A stretch of DNA of 63,996 nucleotides, filler included, from an uncultured Rhodopirellula sp. (GCA_964007735.1; 3 parts of 3 records of this genome joined end to end with filler, not necessarily neighbours in it), one strand, 5' to 3'. Counted from the first letter of the whole stretch, positions 20,695 to 32,256 are shown. Numbers and translations are program-made. The notes: a model not told the origin generated them from the sequence alone.

Positions 20695-21540
20695 ATGAAC
20701 CGCTTTTCAATATCCCGCTTATTCCATGCCTGTATCCTGTTAGGTAGTACCTTTCTCTTTAGCCTGGGTTGCAGTACAGGATCGGTTCCGGAGCAAAGTG
20801 ACACAAGAGACAGCCGTTCAGGCGGTCAATGGGAAACCCATCTGGTAAATCATCACGCGAAAGCTAAAGTCCCGCCTCGTACGCAGGTACCTAGACAGAC
20901 GAAACCCGTAAAAAAACAACCCCCAAAAGAAACCATTGCTGATCTACTTGCCCCGGACAATATGGCGTTTGAACTACCGGAATTACCAGATCCAGCACGT
21001 TTTGTTAACCAATTGGCAGAACCTGTCTCTAACCCCGAATACAGAGCCTTCCTTCTGCGCGAGAGGGCACTACAACAACATGCTCTTCCTATAATTGATG
21101 CACCAGACCCCGGAGAAATTTGGGAGCTACCGGAAATGAGACAGCCATTTCCGCCGGAGATGCCAATAAACAATAACGAAAACATTCTGAACGACATTAA
21201 TCATCCGGAAAGCAAAGACCCAACTCTCCAGATCGATTTATCGGCACCCTCGCTGCCGGATGACCCTACGGATGCCTACATGGAACACCTAATGAATGAG
21301 GTTCGTCGTATGTATGCTCCGGTGCCGGACGGAATCGATATCGGTACCCTTCGTCCTGAACTCGACATCGAAGCTGTCCATCAAATTCGAGAAATGTTTG
21401 GCGAGCATCCACAATTCCACGAATTACTAGACGACATAGAGCGTTTTCAAACGAAAAAACCGGCGAGAAGGGACATTCCACGCAATATCCAAAACTTCAT
21501 CAAGGAGAAACGAGCCTTCGAAAATAACAACAAACCCTAA
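20695..21540 (+). CDS. Hypothetical proline-rich lipoprotein
   Basis: Lipobox FSLG-C; motifs PVSNPEYRAFL and PTDAYMEHL. Confidence 0.65.
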   Translation: MNRFSISRLFHACILLGSTFLFSLGCSTGSVPEQSDTRDSRSGGQWETHLVNHHAKAKVPPRTQVPRQTKPVKKQPPKETIADLLAPDNMAFELPELPDPARFVNQLAEPVSNPEYRAFLLRERALQQHALPIIDAPDPGEIWELPEMRQPFPPEMPINNNENILNDINHPESKDPTLQIDLSAPSLPDDPTDAYMEHLMNEVRRMYAPVPDGIDIGTLRPELDIEAVHQIREMFGEHPQFHELLDDIERFQTKKPARRDIPRNIQNFIKEKRAFENNNKP

Positions 21541-21671
21541 AAACCTATCAATATCCGAACAAAGATCTTTTCCAAGCTGCCGAATTTATTGCTTTGAATC
21601 GGTCTCTGAACACTTAAAATAAAAACTTATTTATTACCCTAAGCTTCTCTATTTTAAAGCTAGTATTCTCG

Positions 21672-24600
21672 ATGGCTAACCCCTTTCGTTTTCGCCGTAA
21701 ACGTAAGAACCGAGCCCGGTTTTTAGAACCTCTTACGCGTAAAGCCCTTCGTCACGGTACCGAACAACTCGAACAACGTCTTGTTCTTAGTGCCTCTCCC
21801 CTGTCTGTTAGTGCTGATTGGTTCGAAACAGTCGGAGATCTTGCCGAATACGCCCCTGCTGGTGAGGGATTCCTGCGCGCTGCCAGTGGTAATAGCCAGC
21901 AATCCCAGGCTCCTATGCAGGATACAAGCCGCTGGGTGGTTCAGCTTTCTAAAGAAGCTTTAGTGGATTATGCCTCGGTAAGCGAGACAGTTAGCCTGTT
22001 TGAAGACTCAGGGTTAGAAGTCCTTTATGGTCTGGGACTTCCCGGACAATTACTGGTTGGCGCAGGATGTACGACCACCGGAGAAGCGGTACGCTTCTTT
22101 GAATCGAATAAGCTGTTTGAAAGCTTCGAAGCAGACGCCGTACAACTAGCAGCAGCGATGCCTAATGATCCTAAGTTTGAACTACAGTTTGGCCTGCATA
22201 ACACGGGTCAGGCCGGTGGTCTGGCCGATGCGGATATCGATGCCCCGGAAGCGTGGGATATTGAGACCGGTAGCCGTGATGTGGTCGTGGCCGTGATTGA
22301 CTCCGGCGTGGACTATACGCACCCGGATCTGGCAGCCAATATCTGGACTAACCCGGGCGAGATCGCCGGAGACGGGATCGATAATGACAATAACGGCTTT
22401 ATCGATGACGTGCATGGTTGGGACTTCCGTAATAACGACGCCGATCCGATGGATGACCATCGTCACGGGACGCATGTCGCCGGAATCATCGGTGCGGTGG
22501 GTAACAATAACTTAGGTGTTACCGGCGTTGCCCAGCAGACATCGATCATGGCACTTAAGTTCCTTGATAGCCGTAACAGCGGCTATACCTCGGATGCCGT
22601 ACGGGCGATTAACTACGCCACGATGATGAAGCAGGAGTACGATGTTCCGGTTAGTATTTCAAATAACAGTTGGGTTTCAAGGACTACGAGCGTCGGCCTT
22701 TATTCATCCGTCAAGTCAGCAGAGACTCATGAAATTTTAGTGGTAGCAGCCTCGGGGAACGCTGGCTATCGAGGTCACAACATAGACGAGTCTCCACACT
22801 TTCCCGCATCATACAACCTGCCCAACGTCCTAGCCGTCGCAGCCTCTGATTCATATAACAACATTGCACGGTTTAGTAATTTTGGCCCCGAAACAGTAGA
22901 TATCGCCGCCCCGGGAACCAGTATTTACAGCACCTACCCGACTTCGATGGGCGAGTACGGTTATGACTCCGGTACCAGTATGGCCGCGCCTCACGTCTCC
23001 GGTACAGCCGCTCTTGTATGGGCACACCTTCCTGATGCAACCCTTGCGGAGGTGCGTGACGCCATTTTAGAGGGTGCCGATCAGATTGATCGATTCAACA
23101 ATAAAGTGGTCGACAATCGAATGCTAAATGCCGAGGGGGCATTGCAAGTTGACACGTATGCTCCACGTGCCGAACTATCGGAAGGAACTCTAGTAACCAG
23201 TGGCGGGATGGAATTCCATCAAATCACCGTCAGCTATCGGGACAATCAGAGCCTTAAATATTCCTCTATTGATGACAACGATGTTTTGGTTCGCCGGGTC
23301 GGCTCTTCGGAGGCCCCCATCGCCGTTGTTCTCAAAGACACGAATGCCACGGGCAATTCCCCCTCTCTCAATGCCCGTTACAAAATACCGGGCCCTGGAG
23401 GTAGCTGGGATTCGGCCGACAACGGACTTTATGAAGTATTCACAAGTGCCGAAGAAATCGAAGACACCGCGGGGCATTTCGCGCACCCCGGGGTCATCGG
23501 AGTGATTGACGTCCAGATCAAAGGGGCGACAAGTTTCACCGTAAACAGTTTCAGTGATACGATCGATATCAATCCGGGTGATGGTTATGTCAAAGACTCG
23601 AGTAACTACTCCACCTTACGCGCCGCCATCCAGGAAGCCAATGCACTGGCGGGCGCCAACACCATCAACCTTCCTCAGGGAACCTATCTCTTAAGTCGGG
23701 CCGGTGCTGATGAAGATCAAAGTCTTACCGGTGACCTCGACATTTTGGACAACCTGACAATCATTGGTGACGGCAGTGTGTTTATCGATGGCGGCAGTCT
23801 GGATCGCGTTTTTGATGTGGCCAACGGAGTGACCTTCGAGTTAGAAGGAGTGACACTTATCGGCGGTGATGTTGAACAGGAGGGCGCCGCCCTTCGTAAC
23901 CGCGGAGGCGATGTTCGCATTCTTTCCAGTACGCTCACTGGTAACGAAGCTGGCAATGGAGGAGCTCTGGCAAACCTTCAGGGTGGTGCTCTCAGTTTGC
24001 TGCATTCCACCGTTAGTGGTAATACGGCCGCAATCGGGGGTGGGATTTATAATGCCGGAAACAATCTGGAAATCGTGTCTTCAACGATAACGAACAACGG
24101 CGCCGTTCAGGCTGGTGGCATCCAAAACCAATCCGGTCAGGTGGAACTTACAAGCACGATCGTGGCAGGAAACAACGCCACCAATTCAAATAACGACCTG
24201 AAAGGAGCCTATGTTTCCGGGGGACACAATCTCATTGGAGATCTTGCCAATGCAACCGGTCTGGCTAATGGAAGTAATCATGACCTGGTTGGCTCAACTC
24301 AATCTCCGTTAGATGCGATGTTGGGGCCGCTGGCTCCGAACTACGGAACCAATTGGTCCCACGTCCCGCTATTCGGTAGTCCGGCTATCGATGCAGGTAA
24401 AATCACAACCCGCGCCATGGACCAGCGCGGTATCGCTGTACCGCAGGACGGCACAGGCAATAATATCGCCGCTGCCGATATTGGAGCTATCGAACGCTAT
24501 TATGTCACCCTGCGGGGACAAAAATATCATGACACGAACAACAACAGCCGAAAGGATGCCGGCGAAGAGGGGATTGCAGGTTGGGCCATCTTCCTTGATG

Positions 24601-27492
24601 CCAATACCAATCAGCGATACGACGCCGGAGAACCATTACAGATAACCGACGACCAGGGAAATTACAGCTTTGAGGGGCTCCTCCCGGGAAATTACCATAT
24701 CCTCGAATTACAGCAGGACGGCTGGGTTCAAACAGGTCCGGCGCCGGCTGTAACACTGGTCCACCGCTTTACAGTCAATACCCTTCAGGACACCCCTGAC
24801 GTATCACTCGGAGATGGTCTGGCACAGGATGCCGAAGGGAAAACGAGTTTGCGTGCCGCAGTGATGGAAGCCAATGCCCTTGGTAAGTCAGCTGAAATCA
24901 CACTGGGCCCCAATACCTACCAATTGTCGATCGCCGGAGTTAATGAAGATCACAGCGTTACAGGGGATCTTGATATCACCAGCGATATTACGATCCGCGG
25001 GGCGAGCCCGGAACAAACGGCTATTGATGCTGAGGAGCTTGACCGCGTTTTCCATTTGGTCATCAACTCAGGAGCCAACCTGTCACTCGAAGATCTTACG
25101 ATCACGGGCGGGGATACCACCGGTAATCTGAATCGCAAAGGCGGTGCAATTCTGAATGAAGGGGGAACTTTATCTCTTGATTCAGTGCATGTGACTAACA
25201 ACCTCAGTGACGATCTTCTGGCCGGTGCAACGGGTGGCGGAATTTATTCATCCGAAGACGGGATTATCACCATCACACGGTCAACGTTTTCAGAAAATAA
25301 AGGGGGCGCTATCTATCAGGATTCCGGCAGACTTGATATTGAAACCTCCACCATTTCAGGGAACTCAACCTGGGTGGGGCAAAGAGAGCTGAAGCATCTG
25401 AGTGATGACCATGTTGGCGGTAACGATGGTCAAAACAGTATGGCAATTGGAGGGAACATCCTGGCGACCCACAAGAAAAGCTCCAATGGCGTCGTCAAAC
25501 TTTGGTCTATTAACGAAGATAACTCACTTACGCATCTACAGGATATTACGAGTCCCGATTCAGCACACAGTGGTTCTTTTGGATGGCCGCTGAACATCGA
25601 GGGGAATTTCCTGGGGGTTGGCTCCAGATACGCCTCGAACGGAGGAATCCAGGCAGGGCGATACTACATTTACGATCTAACCGACTTCAGTCTTAAGACA
25701 AGTTTCAATCCCAACCCGGAAAATGCCGGCTATTTTGCCACCGAAGGTGATCTGGACAATGATGTCCTCGTCATTGGAGAAAGTGGAAACTGGGGATCAT
25801 GGAATACCGAAGCTGCCATCACAGCTTATAAAGTCTCTACCAGTGGATTCACCGCCGAGGAAATCTTCCGTGAAGAAATTCCTTCCGCTGGTACTGGAGG
25901 ATCAAAGATAGCAGGGCTAACCATTAGTGGTGACACTGTCATTGGACGTTTTGAAAGGGAAACCGAAAGTGACTGGCAAATTATTGTATGGAACGTCGTC
26001 CGTGATAATGCCGGTTCCCCCACAGGACTTCAAAAGGTATCTACGCTAACGGAAGCAAACCATGTAAATCTTCTGGGGCAAGAGAATGAGGAACTATTAA
26101 CCAACGGACAGTTTCTGGCAACTGGAAACTCAATAGGATCCGTTGGAGAGATTAACCCCGGAAAAGTTGAACTGGTTCGCATCACCGAAGACAACGAATT
26201 AGTTCACCACCGCACCATCGCCGCTCCGGATGCCGTTGATGGCATGAAATTCGGGGATTCGATCCTCTTTGACGGCAACCTGCTCTACGTTAGTGCGCCT
26301 ATGGCAAATGTCTCTCAAAATGGAACGGGGAGGATCTACGTCTACGATGTGACGAACGAAGATTCTTTCAGCAACCCAATTACCTTTACGGCAGCCAATT
26401 TGCAGGTTGGGGAAACGTTTGGACTGGAACTCAGTATTTCCGGTGATCGACTCGCCATATCAGCCGGCGAAGACAGTCTCTATTTGTTTGGCAAGCTAAG
26501 TCAATCCGGTGGTAATGCAGGGATCCGAGGCGCCGGTAATGTCAGCATTGCCAACTCCACCATTGTTCACAACAACGGGGCTTTGGGCGAAGGTTTTGAT
26601 GTAATTAACACTGGTGATGTCGGATTTGACATCACCGGCACCATTGCTGCACGAACCCAGGGGGTATTTAACTCCGGAGGTAACAACCTGGTAGCTGATG
26701 GTTCCGCGGCCACGGGCTTAAACCACGGTAATCAGGGGGATTTGATTGGCAGTATCGGGAATCCGATTCAGTTAAATCTTGAGCCACTTCAACAGAACGG
26801 TGGGAAAACACCAACGCACGCCCTTTTAGCCAACAGTCCGGCGATCGATGCCGGTAATAATGCAAAGACACCGTCACAAGACCAACGTTCTGTGCTGCGG
26901 CCACAAGACGGAGACAATGATGGGACGCTTACGGTAGATATCGGAGCATTTGAATATATTTATGAAGGTGGTTTTCAGGTCAACAGTACGGCCGATACGG
27001 TTGATGCAAATCCGGGAGACGGCGTTGCTGAAGATGCCGATGGAAACACCACGCTGCGTGCCGCCATCATGGAAGCGAATGCCCTTAATGAGGCAACCGA
27101 CATCAACCTGCCGGCCGGAACCTACACCCTGACGCTTACCGGCGTGGGCGACAACAATGCGTTGTCAGGTGACCTCGATATACGGAGCAATATTACCCTG
27201 ATCGGTGCTGGCGCGGATCAAACCATCATTCACGGAAATGGAACCGACCGCGTTTTAAATATCTTCTCTGACTTCAACATGCGCGATATCGCAATAACAG
27301 GCGGGCGTGCACCCGGCCCGGGCCAACCCGGTAACGGATATGGTGGCGGCGTTGAAATGTCCGGTGTCACCGTCGTATTCGACTCCGTGGCCATTCGCGA
27401 CAACAACGGGGCGTTTGGTGTCGGCGGAATCTCGGTGCATCAAAGTGATTTCACACTTACCAACAGTACAATTTCCGGAAACCAAACCGCCT
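21672..27492 (+). CDS. Large extracellular S8 (subtilisin) protease with CSLREA/choice-of-anchor-Q and SdrD-B domains, truncated at contig end
   Basis: EQLEQRLVLS leader; catalytic triad VIDSG/HGTHVAG/GTSMAAP; three (T/S)LRAA(I/V).EAN units; SPAIDAG..DQR..DIGA.E; G.KY.D.N...EEGI.GW.IFLD. Confidence 0.9.
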
Positions 27493-27592
27493 NNNNNNNN
27501 NNNNNNNNNNNNNNNNNNNNNNNNNNNNNNNNNNNNTTAATTAATTAANNNNNNNNNNNNNNNNNNNNNNNNNNNNNNNNNNNNNNNNNNNN
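27493..27592. other. Artificial contig spacer
   Basis: N44 + TTAATTAATTAA (stops in six frames) + N44. Confidence 0.98.
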
Positions 27593-28618
27593 CGCCACGA
27601 ACTCGCCCACGCCCCGTGCTCCCCCTGGTTCGGGGCCCCGCACTCCGAGTCCACGGCGTGGGATGCCGTGGATTTCCTCACGGAACCGTTCACGGGACAG
27701 TTGAGCTATAGAATATTCTTTGTTGGGGCGGATGTTGTTGTGGTACTCGAACAGGGCCTCAGCAGCCCGCTGTGAGAGCAGGATCTTGCGTTGGTTGGCT
27801 AAACCCATCTCTTCTTCGCGATGCCGGTTCTTGTGAGACTTCGGGATATAAACCCAAATACCGTCTTCGAGATGAAGGTCATCGATCTGCATTTCACGAA
27901 GCTCTTTAGGACGCATCCCTGTCTCCAACTGCAGGATCAGCATCGTGCGGATCGTAGGATTAGCTTCACCGATAGCGGCACTGACGTCCTCCTCAGGGCA
28001 TGCAAACACGACCTTCTTGCCGCGAAGCTTCGGAGCGTCTAGCTTCCTGAGAGGCTTAATCTCGCGTAATGAATCGACGACTGACTTATCAACAAAGTCA
28101 CGAGTCGATCCCCAGCCGAAGATACTGATCACATCTTTAATGAAGTTATTAATGGTATGACGACTACGGTTGTCGGTCTCTTCAGCTTCTGTGACCATAC
28201 CATCCCTCAGAGCCAACAGGTTAGCACTACGGAATTTATTGGCTTTGATCAGTAGGTAGTCGTTAAGAACTTGAACCACCCGCTCATCGTAGCGACGGTT
28301 CTGTTTTGGATCGGAGTACCGGCTGGCACGATACTGCAACCAGCTATCGCACATCTCGCCGATTGAGTACTCAACGTCTGGGTGACCAATCAGAGGGTTA
28401 GCTGCTCGCTCCATCTGCACAACCCAGAGGTCGTACTCGGCGAGGCTCTCAGGGCTTTCAAAAGGATGGTCTTTGGAAAAATACTTAATGCAGTTTTTCC
28501 GTTTTCCATCACTAGCTCGGTAGGTGTAGTACCGTGCAACTGGCCTGCCCTTACTTTTGTGAAAGGCGTATTGGGATTGGAAAGGGGTACGGATCTGAAA
28601 CTCTTCACTTTGAACCAT
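27593..28618 (-). CDS. Tyrosine recombinase/integrase, C-terminus missing
   Basis: RBS CAGGAG before ATG 28618; R.TINN...V..IF.W core-binding motif; box I LQLETGMRPKEL; HK motif; starts about 200 bp from the tRNA-Ser 3' end. Confidence 0.85.
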
Positions 28619-28658
28619 TGCAGTTCTCCTGTGCAGTGATAGGTTCGCGACCACAAAG

Positions 28659-28678
28659 TGAAGGTACTCTGAAGGTAC
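28659..28678. repeat. Tandem 9-bp direct repeat TGAAGGTAC x2, candidate integrase arm site
   Basis: Copies at 28659-28667 and 28670-28678, between the tRNA and the integrase start. Confidence 0.45.
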
Positions 28679-28792
28679 AACGGCCTATCGGCTCATAAAA
28701 AGGGACCGATCAAGTGTGAAGATCCTTGATCACTTTGCTCGTCAGAGTGAAGAACGCGAGCTTCGAATACTCCAGTATACCAGAGTAAAGAA

Positions 28793-28816
28793 CCAATGGG
28801 ACCGAAGTCCCACCAG
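28793..28816 (-). terminator. Hairpin/terminator after tRNA-Ser
   Basis: Minus strand TGGGAC-TTCG-GTCCCA followed by TTGGTTCTTT. Confidence 0.6.
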
Positions 28817-28823
28817 CTCTAAG

Positions 28824-28912
28824 CGGAGAGAGCGGGATTTGAACCCGCGGATCAGTTTGACCTGATCACCAAATTAGCAATCTGGCGCTTTCGACCACTC
28901 AGCCATCTCTCC
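28824..28912 (-). tRNA. tRNA-Ser(GCT)
   Basis: GGAGAGATGGCTGAGTGGTCGAAAGCG-CCAGA-TTGCTAA-TTTGG, long variable arm, GGTTCAAATCC, CTCTCTCCG. No encoded CCA. Confidence 0.95.
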
Positions 28913-28924
28913 TGTAAGCCTTCA

Positions 28925-28953
28925 ATAGTAGTTCAAAAGGCTTGTAGCGACAA
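28925..28953 (-). promoter_or_regulatory. Sigma70-type promoter of tRNA-Ser
   Basis: Minus strand TTGTCG-N17-TACTAT, ending 12 nt before the tRNA. Confidence 0.65.
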
Positions 28954-29137
28954 GGAGATGGGTGAGCGGTTTAGGCTGTTTTTTCAGAGGTGTTCTGAAA
29001 GGATCGGCCATAATGAGGGGAGTCTTTCTCAGCGTAGATCATCAACTCTTTCTCGGATGATCTGTAACCCATTTCAACGCTGAATTACCGTCTAGGACCC
29101 TCAAATTGACGGCGATTCCATGTACTGGAGAATCATC

Positions 29138-29796
29138 ATGAGTCGTGCGGAGTACCAGATCCGCGCCGCGTTTAAGGCTACGTACGGCTTCCACAAGGCT
29201 AAAAACAAGCCAAATTGCTCGCTCGCACAGGACTTCCAGATGAAGCGTAGCGAAGCTAAATGATCAGCGTATGAAAAATGCGCTGACAATTTCCATTGCG
29301 TTGGTCAGTAGGGCTATTTCGTTAAAACAGAAACCAGAGTGTTGCCGTTAGAAGAGGTGCGAGGAAACATCCGTGATCTTCAGCTACAGTTTCGCTAAAG
29401 ACCAGCAAATCATACAAATCTTCATAGTCACCAGGAAATTTATCCATTGCCTTCAACCTTGATTCCTTAGCAAAAACAACAAAAGCACTAGAAGAATGCT
29501 GCAACGCCAACAAGTGTGCCGACTGTATGAACAACTGTCCGGCCGGAGGCGTACTGCATGGCTTCTCGATACATGACTGATTATCTAAGTATTTATTAAC
29601 AAATTAGCGCGACGTTTATGAATTTTCGAAGAAGAACGTTTCAATTCCGTCAGATGTTTGTTGAACGGATTGATGCCCAGTTTGGTCGTCAGAAAGTCGC
29701 TGCGTTGCTCGGACATAAGCGTTTGGCCACATCGGCACTTACGCGAAACAGAATCAGGACTTGGCTGAGCGGGTTCAGAAGAATTGCAGCGCTTAG
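29138..29796 (+). pseudogene. Decayed tyrosine integrase (frameshifted, internally deleted)
   Basis: N-terminal MSRAEYQIRAAFKATYGFHKAKNKP matches the neighbouring integrase (EFQIRTPFQSQYAFHKSKGRP). C-terminal FQFRQMF...AQFGRQKVAALLGH, then after a frameshift TYAKQNQDLAERV (box II and catalytic Tyr). Confidence 0.75.
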
Positions 29797-30027
29797 CTGG
29801 CTCGCGTAGTCGATCCAGTAGCCAACTCATACCCAGAGTTCCTAGCGAAGCTAGACCAACAGCTTGAACTACAGGGAGAGCTAGTTTGGACGATGATGAG
29901 CATTCAAGAGGAGATCCTACGGAAAATAGAGTTGTCTGGATTTCGAATGTTCGAGTGTTACAATTAGAACGATTCGTGTTGATTCTGGACGCAATATTGA
30001 AATAAATAAATATAAAAAGGTAACTCG

Positions 30028-30513
30028 ATGAGTATTAAAAGTGTAGCTCTGTTTCTTATTAGCATTTTAATACCGCTAGCGGTGCAGAGTGACGAACCAG
30101 TCACTGAAACGCCTCGAGTGTTAAAGCGAGAGGTCGTCGCTCACATGAATAGGTATATGACTCTTGCGAATCAGGCCGATGTTAAGAGGATTGCTGAAGA
30201 TATCTACCAGGCTCCAATTCTAATGAAAGGTTTCGATACGACCGATCATGACGTTGCATTATCGAAGGAAGAGTTTCAGGAACAGTTTACGGCGCATTTT
30301 AATAATCTGAAAGACAACCTTGGGTGGGATCACTTCGAGGTTAAGGACTACGACGTAACGTTGTCCGGTTCGAATATAGCGTTTGTTAAAATGCACTTTG
30401 TTTGGGTGAAGGCAGATGGTTCGCTAATAGGACCGAAGGATCGTGTAGCTTGTTATGTTTTGATCAAAAAAGAAAACGGTTGGAGAACAACTGCCGTTAT
30501 GGGAAGCAATTGA
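30028..30513 (+). CDS. Secreted NTF2/SnoaL-like protein
   Basis: Signal peptide; helix-then-strand pattern ending YVLIKKENGWR. Confidence 0.65.
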   Translation: MSIKSVALFLISILIPLAVQSDEPVTETPRVLKREVVAHMNRYMTLANQADVKRIAEDIYQAPILMKGFDTTDHDVALSKEEFQEQFTAHFNNLKDNLGWDHFEVKDYDVTLSGSNIAFVKMHFVWVKADGSLIGPKDRVACYVLIKKENGWRTTAVMGSN

Positions 30514-30869
30514 TAAGATTGATGAGTTTAGTGCGAATACACTGATACGAATAGGCGTCACAGGCTCTGAATTCATCGGACGCAAACATGTAAAAGCAGG
30601 CAGGCGTGCTCCGGAGGCCGAAATTGTTACCGTGGCCGGTGGCGGTCGAAGCAAAGTACCCGCCGGGTGAAGTCGTGTAAGTCCCCTGAGGGCCAACTTT
30701 TCGTTTTGTTCTCAATCATTCAGCGAGGTTTACGAATTGTTCATGAATGTCATTGTTTAAACCGATGAAACTTAGTAGATTTCATATGGCGCAACGCTGA
30801 AAACTGTTCAGCAATGTATGACTGGATATTCCTGTCCAAATCGAAAGTCTCAGAGTTACCAAATTGTAG

Positions 30870-30908
30870 TTAGCAATCTGGCGCTTTCGACCACTCAGCC
30901 ATCTCGCC
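30870..30908 (-). pseudogene. 5' half of tRNA-Ser(GCT) (att remnant)
   Basis: Acceptor 5' strand, D arm and anticodon loop only; identity stops after TTGCTAA. Confidence 0.85.
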
Positions 30909-30919
30909 TGTAGAGATCA

Positions 30920-30948
30920 ATCTTATCCTTCACGGATATCTACGACAA
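30920..30948 (-). promoter_or_regulatory. Second sigma70-type promoter, in front of the tRNA 5' fragment
   Basis: Minus strand TTGTCG-N17-TAAGAT, ending 11 nt before the fragment. Confidence 0.6.
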
Positions 30949-31042
30949 TGTGACAGTTTTGCGCAAACAGAGCGTCTACAAGTACAAGCCTTGGATCTAG
31001 CAAATGCTTGCTTGTAGTGCCAAAACCGACGGTGATTTAAGA

Positions 31043-32125
31043 TCATTTTTCTTGACTTCGGCTTGGCTCTTCCCCCGACTGATTAACGCCTCTCGGCAAC
31101 CAGGTAAATCGCCCCCAGTTCTGGCGAGGAGGCACAATCGGCAATTCCTTTTCTCCGAATTTGGTCTCGACCATAACCTTGGGACCGCCCCTTTGTGGAT
31201 CCGGGAAAGCACGAGTCACAAATCCGTCGGGCGACCAGGTAGGGTCATCTCCGCGCCCAACTTTTCGCCGGTTACCACCTTTGCTATCAACCACCCAGAC
31301 GTGAAAGGTCTCAGCGATCTGCTGATCCCGTATCGGGTTACTAACTCCAGTAAATGGGCTCATGTGAATCATCTCCACGCCTTCCCAATGAGCGATCCAT
31401 CTCCCATCGGATGACCAAACAGGTACTTTTTGCTCGATAGGCAGTTTGAGTTTCACGTGCTGCTCTGTGGGCGTCGGTGAAATAGGTTTTGCATCACTTC
31501 CATCGAGTCGGCTCACCCAAATTCTAAAGGTCCCACTTCGATTTGAAACAAAGGCCACCTTTGTACCATCCGGGGATACCGAGGGCATCGCATTACTGAA
31601 TTGGATTTGCTCTGGATGACTGAACAGCCTTCGCGATTCACCGGTTTCGGTGTTCAATATGCGGATCTGGCTGTTGCTAGCTGGATCCTGATTCCTGCCT
31701 ACAGTCCCGACGCTCATCCACACAATGTGTTTCGAGTCAGGCAACCATGAAGGCAACATGAGCCGCTCTGACTCGACGAGGACTTTGGCATTTTTCCCAT
31801 TTGTATCGCAGCGCCAAATCGCCATATCCTTATCGCGTCTTTGAACGTAAACGAGTTTTTCACCATCTACTGAACAGGCCGGTTGTACACAATGATGACT
31901 TCCTTTGGTCAACTGACGACTGTCGGCCCCATTCTCTTTCATACGGTAAAGCTGAAGAACACCGTTGTCATCCGTATGACTGACGATGACCTCATGTAAC
32001 GGTATTTTTGAAGGTGCTTCACTAACTGCCAAACTGCCTTCAGGTTCCTCACAATGGGTAATATCTGAAAACATAAAACATGCCAGGCTCACACTGAGTA
32101 ATAAACCGAAACGCTTTAAATACAT
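31043..32125 (-). CDS. TolB-like (PD40) beta-propeller protein
   Basis: Signal peptide; repeats P.(W/V)S.DG..(V/I)A(F/H). Confidence 0.8.
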   Translation of the reverse strand: MYLKRFGLLLSVSLACFMFSDITHCEEPEGSLAVSEAPSKIPLHEVIVSHTDDNGVLQLYRMKENGADSRQLTKGSHHCVQPACSVDGEKLVYVQRRDKDMAIWRCDTNGKNAKVLVESERLMLPSWLPDSKHIVWMSVGTVGRNQDPASNSQIRILNTETGESRRLFSHPEQIQFSNAMPSVSPDGTKVAFVSNRSGTFRIWVSRLDGSDAKPISPTPTEQHVKLKLPIEQKVPVWSSDGRWIAHWEGVEMIHMSPFTGVSNPIRDQQIAETFHVWVVDSKGGNRRKVGRGDDPTWSPDGFVTRAFPDPQRGGPKVMVETKFGEKELPIVPPRQNWGRFTWLPRGVNQSGEEPSRSQEK

Positions 32126-32256
32126 TACTCAATCCCCTACGATCAGCAATCATTCATTTGAACGTCATAATTCGCACTGCCGAAGCCAACTATCATGTGT
32201 ACAACAACCAAAGTACCGACCAAGAACCTATGTAGTTCGTCAACCATGATCAAGCC

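Larger units (their letters stand above)
28874..30912. mobile_element. Degenerate ~2-kb integrative islet bounded by 43-bp direct repeats of the tRNA-Ser 5' half
   Basis: 28874-28916 and 30870-30912 match at 42/43 positions. The interval contains an integrase remnant and one cargo gene. Confidence 0.7.

Noticed and set aside
27493..27592. TTAATTAATTAA palindrome within N runs (also at 54377-54476)
   Set aside because: Artificial six-frame-stop linker. ORF ends at 27548, 27545 and 54432 and any gene linkage across it are artefacts.
29101..29830. Short minus-strand ORFs (62, 70 and 81 aa)
   Set aside because: Better explained as antisense to the decayed + strand integrase.
30497..30715. 72-aa minus-strand ORF in the tRNA-Ser islet
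   Set aside because: May be a gene fragment, but I cannot assign it and it has no convincing start.
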